A DNA stretch of 64,000 bases. It comes from Dimorphilus gyrociliatus. Its lineage: Eukaryota > Animalia > Annelida. The stretch's first letter is position 1, and each line of letters starts with the position of its first letter. Made by a program: the position numbers and the translations under genes. Positions 10,501-22,996 of this stretch are shown here, piece by piece. Under the pieces are notes generated by a model. It was not told where the DNA came from. It ran no database searches and was given only the letters and a program-made list of their open reading frames with translations. The stretch covers positions 538,942-602,941 of the forward strand of contig CAJFCJ010000009.1 in NCBI GenBank assembly GCA_904063045.1, given 5' to 3'.

Positions 10501-13500
10501 TTAAGGTTTTCGAGTTGGACTGGTTGCATAGATTTGAGCCAGTTGTTTCTCTCTCATTAACGTGGTTGGTGGGACAGATTTTGATGGACTAGAAGTTCGC
10601 ACTGATTTCAAGATTTTCTCCTCCCGTCTGCCTCTTTCCTCTGAACTATTTGATTCCTTTACTTCTCTTGGCGAAGGTGTAACTTTTTCTTCCTTCTCTT
10701 CCTTTTCTTCTATTATTTTTTCTGATGGTTTTTGATCGGTAGTTTCCAATTGATCTTTTTTCTTCTTATGACGCTCTTCCTTTTGTTTTTCTTTCTTTGT
10801 AAAGTAAGCATCAAATGCCATGTAACGCTGAAATAAAATACATATTAGTCTTCAAACTAGGCCGTTTGAAAGGAGAATAAATGTAAGTGTCTAAGCCTAT
10901 ATTGGAAGCTATTTCTGCTACTTAATACTTTGTGAAAAATATCCTCTGGCGTTTAAGTGCTCAATAGGTGGCGAAAGTAAGAATTAAAAACTTGGCATTA
11001 TTTAAGAAATACTTACGCTAAGGTCAATCCTTCTAATTTTTTGACCTGCTAGACTCATTTTCGGATCAACACATCGTGGCTGACAAACGTATTGGTCTCT
11101 GAACGCCAGTTCAAATTTACCTGTTGAGCAATTCTTATCTTCTCTCTTATCAATTACAACTAATTAAAAACAAAAAAAAATATAAGTTTTATATTACAGC
11201 TCTTATCGATTAGCTTTACCCTTGATAGTATCGTCAATAACTGATTGGCACAATCTCATTTTTTCTAAACAAGTAGGCGCCATACCAGGAGAAGAGTTTA
11301 TTTCTAAAAGCCACGGTTTGAAATCCTCATCTAGTATAAAATCAGCCCCGTAGAGTTCAAATGCAGATTTTCTCATCTCCGGAACATCTTGGGTCGCCAT
11401 TAAACAGTTTATAACTGCTTTCTTCATTCCAGGAAAAACTATATTATCCCAAGCTTCCGTATGTCCAATATGTGTTAAATACTCTTTAAAGCTAGTGGAG
11501 CTCATAAAATTATTTTCAGGTAAATTTTTAGATCTATCCCTAGAATTTTCATAGAATTGTTGAACGGCTACATTTGATAAGTGTATTGATTCATGCATAT
11601 TTTCGCTGTCATAAGGTTGACTACAAATTCGAAGATAAGAATCAGCATAAAACCAAACAGTTAATGGATTCCAATCAGTCACTAAGAACCATTGACGCAT
11701 ATCAAATTTACAACCATGAATTAAAAGTGGCGTTTCTACATACTTTTGAACGACATACGTTCCGGAAGTTGTTGAATTATTTACATATTTTAGCATATCT
11801 GATAGTTTTGATGTAAATTCTATACCGATACCCTTACTCTTGTCTCCTGGTTTAATGATCCAAATATTCTTCGATCCATCCAATTCGAATTGAGGCCAAA
11901 TTTTTTTGAATTTCTTCAACACATCTCCAATTTCTTTTAAGATTGACTCTGTTACGGGCACAATGGCACCTTCTATTTGAACTCTATAAGACCAATCTAA
12001 TAGATTATTCCATTGAGATTTTGTTAAATTTTTATTCGATAAATTTTGTTCAACGTCGTCATGATTCTTCGATCTACAATAGTTTTGAAGATATTGCAAG
12101 GCAAGCTCCACAGCTTGCTGAGGAATTTGACCTCCAGTCTTTGGTTTCCTAGTTTCAGATAAATTGGGTAAAGTCTTTTGACGATCTTCAGGGCTTGCTG
12201 CTACCTCTCTATCAGGTTCTTTGACCTCATCTTCTTCAACATTACATATACTAGACGTATCGGTCTCCTTTATAGGGTTTTTTGTTAATTCTACCCTTGG
12301 CGAACTTATTTTAAGCTTTGTGTCCTCAGTAGAGAAAGGTTCTAAATCTACGTGTCGGACCTCTTCATACTTTGAGTTTTCCCTTCGAAGTGAAGTTTCT
12401 GAACTTCTCCTATCTTGACAGTAAAATCTTAAAATGCATTTGAGCATACAAATACAAGACGTAATACGAAAATCATCGACTAAATCCTCTTTGTCGTCGT
12501 CATTTAATATGTAGCTTCGCGGGAAGAATGATTGTGAATCGACGCTATTGATCCATACTAAATCCTTAAGCGAATTTGTAAGGCCAACTTTAGAGGAAAA
12601 GTAGCGACCTTTTTGAAAATGATTGACGAGCTGTTCATGACGAACGACCATCTCACAAACTCGACTTTTACACGCCCAAACGAATCGAGGCGGAACGGAT
12701 CGAATGATTCTTGCAGCGAGAGCATATACTCCATTCTCTTCTTCCCACGCAGGAGGCAAATTCTGATTTTGAATGCTTAGAAAATCTGTAAATTTCATAA
12801 TAGAGATACGTGGGAAGCTGATATAGAAGGGAGAGAGAAGAGTATAGAAAAATGAGAAACCAAACAATAAGCGAGAAAAGATTAACTAGATAAATCTCTC
12901 TTATAATTAAATACACCCTTATAAATATAAATAAATGAATAAAAAGGATTTTCTGATTGTCATGTCACGTGACAAATGATATTTAAAAGACGATATCATA
13001 ATCCATCAAAGCTATGGTAAATAGACTAAAACTAACTACTGAGTTGCTATAAGAAACGATAGCGGGGCGTTATATATTCAAGAGCGTGCCGCCATTAATT
13101 GAATTGCTTATCATGAATAAGCATGAATTTTTAAAGAGGAATCTTACTTTTATAGACCATATATGAATAACAAATCAAATATTTATCTGAGTTACTTTCC
13201 CAGTTAATGAGGCCTACTTCGAAAGAATAAAAGTTGCACTATCAATTTAAATATACAGTAAATATTTTGCTTTTATCAAATGTAAATATGAATAGGATTT
13301 TAAACTCCTAGCCAACTTTAAATATAGTTGATAATTTGATAGATCATTCACGATCAATGTCTAATCTATTATTTTATAAATACCTTCGTCGGTTTCGCAT
13401 CCTAACTTTAAATTATTATTGGATTTGTAATTGATTTGTTGCATCATTCTCTGACTTGTAAATTTTTCAACCCAACCCCTTTTTCTTAAACTTGCCCTAA

Positions 13501-14148
13501 CGAACACATCGACTGGATAAGGACCTTCGACAAAAAAGATCTTTTGATTCTGAAACAGATAATCACAGTTTTGAAACAAGGATTTTTTTTTACTTCGTTT
13601 TATTTTACCTTTAAAGCTCGTTTTGTCATGCTTTTAGCTCTTCTTTCTATTTCTGTCGGTAGACTAGGCATTTTCTTTGAGTGTTTTATGCTGTCGACCA
13701 ACGGACTATCGACCATTGACTTTTTAATCACAGGAGCAGAGAGCTCTAATTTTTTCGCCACTGTTTTAACTTTAGTCTTTTCTGGAAGATCATTCTTTCT
13801 TTTTGGTTTGTCAGCTTTAATTTCGATACGATGATCTCTTATTTGTTGCAAATAAGGCGAGTTGGCTAACTCAGGTGGTAAACTAAGTTTCGAGACTGCT
13901 GATGTAGGTCGAATAGGCGCACTCTTCGATGGAAGAGACAAGAAAACTTTTTCCTTATCCTTTCTGTCCTTTTCAGGCGTACCACCACCTCCTGGCTTCC
14001 ATATATGGTTAAATAATTTGTTTATCCATGTATCTTTTGAAGATTGTCCTAAATCTCTAATCTTCTGGGCATAATGTCTAGAGTAAGGAAGACCTAACTC
14101 AGGGGTGGTTTCGGTCTTCATATCAGGACTAGCTGCCGTTGCCGCCAT
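10501..14148 (-). CDS. TTLL3: Tubulin monoglycylase of the TTLL3/TTLL8 type, complement(join(10501..10827,11017..11159,11220..12785,13384..13549,13609..14148))
   Basis: Glycylase-type segments: KIFFVEGPY..VRASLRKRGWVEK, IWIIKPGDKSKGIGI, VVQKYVETPLLI, KFDMRQWFLVTDWNPLTVWFY, FELYGADF, WLLEINSSP and VVIDKREDKNCSTGKFEL. All five exons join in phase. TTLL3 and TTLL8 cannot be separated by eye. Confidence 0.88.
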
Positions 14149-14601
14149 GGTAAAGTTTGCTAGATATAATACGTTAATCTCTGGCCAATGATAGGCCGTT
14201 TGATTTAAACAATTTTATAACACAAACCTAATTGTATATACACCGTTGCTAGGGTATACTCCAATCAACTAGATGGCGTACATGCTTATGCTTAGGGTGA
14301 ATATAACAAAACCTATAACCACAGGTCATTGGTTTTATCAAATTATGTACGTATTGATAAATAATATTAAGTTAAATTCAAAGCAAGCACATAACAAAAC
14401 TTAAAACAGAATACATTTAACACTCAAAAGTTGAACGCTTTGGTAAGTAATTATTGAAAAGAAAGCTAAATCTTGTTTTATTTTGTCATAAGGAGAGCAA
14501 ACATAATCTTTTAAATATTTTTGTCCATGTTTAGCAATGTTCATTATAATAAAATTACTATAATTTGAATGTTACGGTAGCCATTTTGTTCATCTAGATA
14601 G

Positions 14602-14611
14602 GTCACGTGAC
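14602..14611. promoter_or_regulatory. Palindromic E-box GTCACGTGAC in the divergent TTLL3/oxidase promoter
   Basis: Perfect 10-bp palindrome 100 bp upstream of the oxidase ATG at 14711. Confidence 0.5.
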
Positions 14612-14710
14612 ACAGTTTACATTATCAAGCTATTTTGAAGATATTGATTTTTTGTAACAAATCCTCAACAGTGCAAAGTTTAATAAAAGGAAAAATAAAA
14701 TTGAAAAATA

Positions 14711-16242
14711 ATGGAACGGAGAGGAAATTTAAAAGTTAAAGTAATTGGAGCTGGAGTAATCGGATTGTCTACTGCTCTCCGAATTCAACAAATCCTACCA
14801 CATGCAAAGGTCACGGTTCTCGCCGATAAGTTTGGTCTAGAAACAACTAGTGACGGCGCTGCAGGAATTTATAGACCTACACTAAGTTTGATGAAAGGGA
14901 ACGATTTGAATAAAGTAAAGTTAGAAAATTCTATTAATCTCACTATTTAAGCATTAAATAACTATAAATTAATATGGTGCGGTGGTCCAAAGTCTAAAAT
15001 TAAAAGAAATCAATATTACTCATCAATAGACGATGGTGTAAAGATTCTTGGAATAGATACGATCAATTAGCGAGAAGTAAGGAAGCTAGAGAAGCCGGAC
15101 TCTCGACTATAAGTGGTTATCATTTTTATGATGAAGAATACGCCAAAAACTATGTATTGTATTAAGGGTTATATTACACTCCGGTACTTGAATAAATTGC
15201 CATTTTCCTCCTTTACAGGACTTTTTCTACAAAGATATAGTTTATCAATTTAGACAATGTACACCTAAAGAAATGAGTATGTTTGGCAATTCTCAACCGT
15301 TAGTATTCCTTTCATAACAGTAAATTTTGTTTCTTATCTTAACTTTTACCATCAAATTATCTTGTATATAGTTGTGGAGTTGCTTATACAACAAACCTAA
15401 TTGAATGCCGATGGTATCTACCCTTTTTAGCTAAACAGTAAGGATTTTATATATTTATTTAAATACGTTCCAGTATTTATTTTCTCTTTATAGTATTAAG
15501 GGTTTTTCTTTTAGATTTTTCTTTTTATTCTTTTATCTTTCATGATCTTTTTTTTTCTTTCATTACGAAAAGATTTACAGCGAATGGCGGAAAAATCGTA
15601 AAGCGTCGATTAAGTTCCTTGTCAGAAGTAGCTGACGATAGCGATATTATCGTTAATTGTTCGGGATTTGGGAGTAGGGATTTAATTGGAGATAAGACGA
15701 TGGTTCCGATAAGAGGTCAAATGATCCGAGCTAAAGCACCTTGGATAAAGAACTTTGTTTTTTCTGGGCATACCTCATGGGTCATTCCAGGGTTGGTAGA
15801 ATTTGTATCTCTTTACAATCCCAACTAAAATCAGGTATTTTGGTTTGTTATAGAAGGGAAACTGTTATTGTTGGAGGCACAAGACAAGTAAACGATACAG
15901 ATTTTACAATAAGAGCAGAAGATACAGATTCTTTATGGGAAAATGGTGTAAAATTGGTACCATCCTTGGCAGGCGGCCAAAAAGAATGGGTTTGGGTTGG
16001 GTTTCGACCTCATAGGTCTCCAATTAGGCTGGAGAGAGATACATATAAACATGGCAATAAACAAATTCCCGTAAGCAATTCTACTTATTATATTTAAATG
16101 ATTATAGTTGAATAATATTTCAATTATGAAACAGTTGATCCACAATTATGGACACGGGGGAAATGGCGTAAGTCTAAGCTGGGGATGCGCAATTGAAGCA
16201 GCAGAACTAGTTGCAAACTGCGTAACCGAATCCAAACTTTGA
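14711..16242 (+). CDS. DDO: D-aspartate oxidase / D-amino-acid oxidase family flavoenzyme, peroxisomal (multi-exon)
   Basis: FAD-binding [12 protein letters not shown], then [42 protein letters not shown] and [17 protein letters not shown]. The C-terminus is the PTS1 signal SKL (stop at 16240-16242). GGTRQ is closer to DDO than to DAO. Confidence 0.85.
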
Positions 16243-16455
16243 GGCAATTTAATTCGTTATAAAACATCTTGAGAAATACAGTTATGTAAATTCAACCACA
16301 AAAAATTTATACTAATTCACGCATGAATGAAATATTACACGCACCGTTTATTTTATATAATAGGCCTTTTTCACATGTCACGGCTATACTGAAATTTTCC
16401 CTGCCGACAATTTTCTTCCTAAGGTTTTCCTGACTTTGTTATTAAGGAAAACTAG

Positions 16456-17793
16456 ATGTATGCAATGGCACTAAGAGGAAAATTCAATGCGATAAATATA
16501 GTTTGTTTTATTTGCTGTATATGTTGTTTGTTTCTTGTTTTCTTCAAGTGCAGCAGGCCGGTTAATATTGAGAAATCGTCGGTAAATGACGGTAGTGAGC
16601 GATTAATTTTGGGAAGCATTGAGAGAAAAGTGATGCATCCCGTTAAAAATATTGATCTCTTTCTTCATGGAGCCTTTCTTGATGAACGATACTCATCAAA
16701 TATTATTAGGATCTTTGGCGTCCAAAGAACAGAGAGCTTATACTTGGGGGTGAAATATTATTGTGTTATTGATACCAGTCGTGGCCAAATGAAAATAAGG
16801 GGTAAAAAGTATCTTGTAGACGAATGGCCCGAACATGGGAAAGCGAAAGCTGTTCAGATAGAGTGCAATGTTACCGAAGCAGTCGATACAATGAGATTAG
16901 AAATGATAACAAGAAGTAAAAAGATATATGAAGTTTTTTTACCGGTTGAGAGAGCAAGCGAACCGAATCCTTCAGTGGGACAACAAGACTTAGCTGTCTG
17001 CGTTAAGAATATGAACGGTGCTTTTCCCATTGAAAGGACAGTCGAATGGATAGAAACGCTCAAAGCTGCCGGTGTACAGCATTTTTACATTTATGATAGC
17101 GGTTTAGACAGTAGCTCAAGATACGTTTTCGATTATTACTCTGATTTAGTGGAAGTCACAAACTTTCCCTATTCATCAGCCTTGTTAAGACTTTCAAATA
17201 TACGTTACAAAATAGATTCTGTAGAACGATATTCCCTTCTTCAACACATTTATCTAATATCGTTTAACGATTGTTTATACAGGCACTATAAACAATACAA
17301 ATACCTTATGATAATCGATTTAGATGAAATGATACTGCCCACTAAAGGTTTATCAATTGTTAGAATTGTTCAGGATCTGGCCAAGAATTATAAAAGGAAT
17401 ACAGGTTTTACTTTTCTAACTGCATGGCATTTTGAAGATATGGGCATGGTACAAGGGATAACTTCCCAATTATATTTTCAACGATTCTCTAAATCCAGCC
17501 CTCCATTAGATAATCAGCCAAAGTCGATTATCTGTACCAGAAATGCTGAATTGATTCAATGGCATGCAGTATCGAAGCCCGCTAATCGTAATTTAAAAAT
17601 ATCATGGCAAGAACATGGCTATACTCATCACTTTAGAGGGAAATGCTCAAGCAAATTTAATAAAAAAACGTGCAACGAAATGCTCTCATCATACAGGATT
17701 GACCCGGCAATTTCTCGTTATAAAATGGTAATTAAAGAGCGAGTAAAGAGAACTTTGGAACAATTGCAATTAATTCCTAATGGTGGTAATTAG
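16456..17793 (+). CDS. Glycosyltransferase family 92 (DUF23/GALT-1-like), type II membrane protein, single exon
   Basis: 445-aa uninterrupted ORF with an N-terminal TM anchor, LAVCVK..., EWIETLKAAGVQHFYIYD, NDCLYRH and a DxD motif in IIDLDEMILP, followed by PKSI and HH.RG.C. Confidence 0.85.
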   Translation: MYAMALRGKFNAINIVCFICCICCLFLVFFKCSRPVNIEKSSVNDGSERLILGSIERKVMHPVKNIDLFLHGAFLDERYSSNIIRIFGVQRTESLYLGVKYYCVIDTSRGQMKIRGKKYLVDEWPEHGKAKAVQIECNVTEAVDTMRLEMITRSKKIYEVFLPVERASEPNPSVGQQDLAVCVKNMNGAFPIERTVEWIETLKAAGVQHFYIYDSGLDSSSRYVFDYYSDLVEVTNFPYSSALLRLSNIRYKIDSVERYSLLQHIYLISFNDCLYRHYKQYKYLMIIDLDEMILPTKGLSIVRIVQDLAKNYKRNTGFTFLTAWHFEDMGMVQGITSQLYFQRFSKSSPPLDNQPKSIICTRNAELIQWHAVSKPANRNLKISWQEHGYTHHFRGKCSSKFNKKTCNEMLSSYRIDPAISRYKMVIKERVKRTLEQLQLIPNGGN

Positions 17794-18352
17794 ATTAGAA
17801 TATAGTTCTTTTTAAATGGTTATAGACCTCAATCCGTAACTAATTGACTTTTGTTAAGAGTACATAATAGGTATATAACTTGTTTCAATAGATTATAATA
17901 TAACAAATAAATGTGAGTTTTGAACTTGTATTTATTATCTGTTTTGATCTATATAAAGCAAACTTATCGATAAGGATTATAAATGAAATATATCTCAGAC
18001 AAAAGAGAGAGATAGAGGAGGAAGGAGGAAGAATGTAATATAAGATAAATGGAGTGAAAAGGCAAATGCATCCTGGGGTGGGGGGGGGGGGGAATGAGGG
18101 GGTGAGGCGGCAAAAGAGATGGGAGGATTAGCGAAGGAAGAGAAGGAGATACTTTAAATGAAGAGAATAGTATTCTTTTGATTTATTTTTGATCAAAAAA
18201 ATTTACTATATGATAAATGGCTCGTAAAAATAGCAGAAAAATGACATAAATAAATTGCAATCCAACACTAGACCAAAGTATATCTTGGCAACAGGCCATG
18301 GTAACAGTCAATCAATATTGTCTGATTTATTTTAGTCAGAAGGCCAAAACTC

Positions 18353-19288
18353 TTGCATGTATTAGATATTATTTTACAGTATTTTTACAGAGCTTTACAG
18401 TTTCTTACGATAATCTTAGAGTGCTTGTTAATTTTGTTTGAATATTGCATTTATATTGCTACTATGACATCCATTAAGGCAAAAGATGGATTTGAGTTGG
18501 ACTGCTCCCATATTATCGACATGAAAATGAGCAAGAAAAATTTGTTTATTTTGATGAGCTGCAAAGGTGAAGGAAAGGAGTCTATCCGCACCGAATTAAA
18601 GAAATTTACCTTATTGGGGGAGTTAATTGAGACGATAATTTCAATGAATGGATTCATTAGTTTAACTGGTTTTGCAATAGATGAAAAAGATGAAATTTTC
18701 ACTTGTGATAAGGAAAATATATATAGAAATTCGGAAGATGGTACTAAGAACTCATTCTTTAATACAAAATTGGGACTGATCTCAGCATTATCTGTTGATG
18801 AAACAGGTGTTTATTTTGCAATCGATGAATGTAAGAACGAGACAAGTATTGTTCAATATTTATCCTTTAGCGAATCGAAAGATAATTGGGAGATAACGCG
18901 GTTAGGTAAGGTCCTGTCTATGAGTGTCGGAACGAAGAATTTATATGCATCACTACAATATTGCATTGATGAAAATATATTAATAATGGACAAAAATGAT
19001 AAGTCGGTTCTAACGGAGGTCAGCTTAGCTCAGCATACAAATCCGATAGGTTTGTGTATTTTACCAGGAAATGAGTTTGCTGTTGCCTGCTTTAAACAAT
19101 GGAAAATATTACTTTTTCAATCTAATTTTAAGGCAAAAGGTGCTCTAAGGGTATTGGGAAGACCCAGTTTTGTGTGCTTTAATCGAGATACTGAAACCTG
19201 CAGTAACGTTCTTTACATAGCCACCGTAACCGGTGGACCTTCGGAATGCTCAGATGCAAAATGGCAAATTGAAATAAAAAAACTATAA
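18353..19288 (+). CDS. NHL/SMP-30-like beta-propeller protein (true start uncertain, possibly the MTSIK Met near 18465)
   Basis: 311-aa ORF with repeated propeller-blade-like segments: LTGFAIDEKDEIFTCD, ISALSVDETGVYFA, NPIGLCILPGNEFAVAC and RPSFVCFN..LYIAT. Confidence 0.6.
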   Translation: MHVLDIILQYFYRALQFLTIILECLLILFEYCIYIATMTSIKAKDGFELDCSHIIDMKMSKKNLFILMSCKGEGKESIRTELKKFTLLGELIETIISMNGFISLTGFAIDEKDEIFTCDKENIYRNSEDGTKNSFFNTKLGLISALSVDETGVYFAIDECKNETSIVQYLSFSESKDNWEITRLGKVLSMSVGTKNLYASLQYCIDENILIMDKNDKSVLTEVSLAQHTNPIGLCILPGNEFAVACFKQWKILLFQSNFKAKGALRVLGRPSFVCFNRDTETCSNVLYIATVTGGPSECSDAKWQIEIKKL

Positions 19289-22200
19289 ATAAGTAAAGTA
19301 AATTAATAACATCTATGGAATCTTATTTATTTACTTAATTCATCAAACAATTATTCTATCGAATGCTTCCTCATAAATCAATGTTCCTTAACGATTTCTG
19401 CTGGTATAGAAAAAAAAAAGTATATTTAAATAAGAATTCGAAACAGATCGTGCTTACTATTTTTCTCTTACGATCTAAAATACAATTTTCTAACCCTATT
19501 TATCTCTCGGAGAGTGGCGAAAATAGACTTTTCGTACAAAGATGTACAAATTTTCTTTTCAATTACGAGAGAATCCGTAAGATGTCGCTTGAGAAAGTAG
19601 GTAATAAGCGCCAACTACCGAAGAAGGTAATCAGATATTCCAATTGGTTTTTATACTATATTTGTTCACAGAGCATACGGAAAATAAATCAAATATTAAT
19701 AAAATACAAAAACATAAGATAAATACGAAACTGGGAGAATGAAAAAGAAAAAATGGGTTTTTTAGACAAGAAATCGAAAGAAAAGTCCTTTCGAAGTCAA
19801 TTGTTCTCAAATACAAAAAGAACATAGCAGAATATAAAAGAGAAAATCAAGAGGCTATTCTCTTCCTCAAATTGTGTTTATATGGCAAATGCACTAATTC
19901 CATTCAATCTTTTTGTAACTTTACGATATCCCCTCATTTCCCTACTTTAGTCAATGTAGTGGCTGTTCTTATTGGGCTTCCTATAACCCAGTTTATTACT
20001 CACTAATGCCATCTAGAATCTTGGAAAAAGCCATCGAATTTTATCAAAATCATAAAAAACATGAGCAGGTGCATACACTATTTAATGATACGTAGATTTT
20101 CGTTCTTGTCAATTATGAGAGATAGAACACTTCTACATAAGACATTTAATATTGATTAATCACTTATAACAAGGAGATAGTAAAACTTGAGGAAGACTCT
20201 TCGCTGTTGGTGTTAGAACTGAAATGAAAACTTTTTTCCTAATCATTCGTTCATTTTTTTCTCTTCTCCTCTTTCTAGTTTTCTTGTCAAAGATTTCACT
20301 TTTATTGTAAAGCTATCATTGTTTCGATTATATAAAGGCCTATATACCAAGTGGGTTCGTTTAGAAATTGGGTTAATTAGTGGGAGAAAATGCAAGAGCT
20401 ACTCTTGCTTCAATAAAGTACTGCAACGTTATTTATGCATATATATTGACAATTTACTTTTCGTGGTTCAAAGCTGATTAATCGATAAAAGATTGTCGCA
20501 CACTATCACTGAAAAAAAGCTTGTTGTTTCGATCTCGGGGAAAAACGACGCAGTAAGCGAAAAGATGAAATTGATCAGTGAAGCTCATCAATCATTTATT
20601 GCACGAATACTCTTAGGCATATAAGAACAATGATTTCATTCATTTACTCAATTTATGAAAGTCTTTTTATGCTTTGGAATTGATACGCACTTAACAGACA
20701 AATACAAATGGGTGTAGGATTTAAATATAGCAACCGCAAACCTTTTAAGCCCTTATTGTAAGGTATGAGAGATGGCAAAATATTAAAGACAGACGGTAGA
20801 GGAGTTAAATAAGAGCGGCAGTTCAAATTTCTACCCAAATTAAATAGCCTCAATCGATTTCGAATTCCGCACGGACTAAAGATTGGCCGATTTCTCAGGC
20901 GCGTATCTTTCATTGAAAATCGTTAAAAGGTCAGTATGAGAAAATTTCTTCCAGAAGCTGAATTTTTTTCTTTTTCTTTCGATCGTAGTCTTTCTCTTTC
21001 CTTTCAACTTCAACCCTGGTGGTAATCCAGTAGCGTAAGCAATTTTTTGGGAGGTGTTTCTAATCGAAATCGACACGCTTTTATTGTGGCACGAAATGTA
21101 GGCGTCTAACTAAAAAATTGTAGACGGATGTAATAAATGTTGGAGAGGAAGAAATTAATTATTGCGTTAAATCGTCGATTATTCGGGGCGTCACGTTCCT
21201 TTAGCTTCAGCCCTTTCATTTTAAACTTATTTTCAACTATTTCTCCTTTACAATAGTCATTTCCGTGTATGCTCTTATTTTAAGGGACTGCAATGCGATA
21301 CTCGAGCGATCAACCAGCAAATATTCATATCAAATATTTACTGTATTTATCGATTTGTAAAAAGTCTTTTTTTTCAGCTGTAAAGATAGATGAAAGAAAG
21401 TATGGTATTATGGAGAAGTTTCAAGCGGTCACGAACCCGGCCTTTGATGGAATGGTCGTAAATACTCGTAAAATGGAGTAACTAGAGCAAACTTTTCATT
21501 TGGCTGGCTATTGATGGGTTTGCAAATGCTATATTGTGGGACAAATTGATTATTTTTTATAAGGCTACGCACTCCACATGCTTCTCTACCAAATTGTATT
21601 TATACACACGTAATGGATAATCTACGTAGTCTGGGGAACGATTAAACTCAAGCCCAATGAGTACATCCTTTTTCATTGTCTAATTACCATATTGAAAAGA
21701 GTATTTTCGGCGAAAAACTTATTAAATGAGATGTGAAATACATGCATAAATTTATTTTTATGTTAGTCGGTCTTAATCAAATATTTAGACCGCTTATCTT
21801 AGGATTCCCCAATGGAGATCATTTTTCGTTTATACAGGAGGCGATTAATCCAAATATATCTGTGTAATTGACTGCGTACGAAATATACAACTGGGCTCAT
21901 CCACTGTCGAAATGAAATTGCTGAAACGAAAACGGCGTTACGCGGTCTACTGCAATGCTCTAGATAACGATCATAATGAGCGAAGTTTCTTGGCAGCCGA
22001 CCCGTCCAATGTATCGTTTGATATCTTTTCTATTTAGCAAACGGGAATCTACTCAATCAAATAGTTTTATTGACCCCGCCCTCACCTTCACTCTTCTATT
22101 GAATGGATTTATAACAAGTGCTCTACAGAACAAATTGTAAAGTTTACAGTTTATAATTTGCATTATTACACCAGAAGCTAACAATGGCGATTCGTTTCAA

Positions 22201-22996
22201 TATTTTCTGGTGGATGGTTATATAATGGTCTATCTAATAAATAATATAGAATCGACGTATGTCGATTTAATTGTTTTTACTTCGATGAATGTATATTTAT
22301 TAAGCATTAAACGGTTTGCTCTTAGTTAGTTCGTATATTGTGGATAAATATTTACATATTGACGTTTTGTCATTGAAAGTTAGAGAGGGTTTGTGTTGTA
22401 TTCCAATTGTATTTCTTTCTTTCATTCTCTCGCACATATACTTTTAATATTTCTATACTTTTCCTGTCTTTCTCTCTCGTCAATCTTTCTAACTCTCGCC
22501 CTCTTTCCTTTGTATTATATCTCTTTCTTTTCTCTTCCTATAACTTAACATGCTTACTAACTCTTAATGCTCTCCCAACAACACTCTTTCATCCATTTTC
22601 TCCTCCCTTTTTCCCCTTCACTCAATCTCTCTCTCATACCCTTCAACACATCCAAAGTAATGTTTTTTTTATTTGATAAAAAATAGACAACGCCTGAAAA
22701 ACGCTTATTTTTTAATAGATAACTCGTTTCCCTCTCTTCCTCTCCTTTCTTAGGGCGCCAATTCGGTAAAAATAACAAAAGTAGCGCTTCCAAAGAAGTA
22801 ATTAGGCGAAGTAGAGGTCGCTGAAGAGAGAAAGTAGAATATCCGCTTTTTAAAGACTTTATTCTCAGGTCATATTGTCTGCGTTACCCGTTAAGAACAA
22901 AATGAGTAAAGTAGTAAAGTAGGAGATAACGCCAATAGTGAAAAAGGAGAAAGAAATAACATCTTGGAAGAAGATTGAGAAGGAATAAAATAGCAT

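Noticed and set aside
11574-14074. Plus-strand ORFs opposite TTLL3 (11574, 11943, 12221, 13544, 13862)
   Set aside because: Antisense shadows of long coding exons.
18075-18110. Long G-run with G-quadruplex potential
   Set aside because: A single homopolymer-dominated tract that is prone to sequencing error, with no other evidence of function.
19363-19825. ORFs 19363..19722 (+) and 19631..19825 (-)
   Set aside because: Lys/Phe/Ile-rich translations typical of AT-rich non-coding DNA, with no motifs or consistent splice sites.
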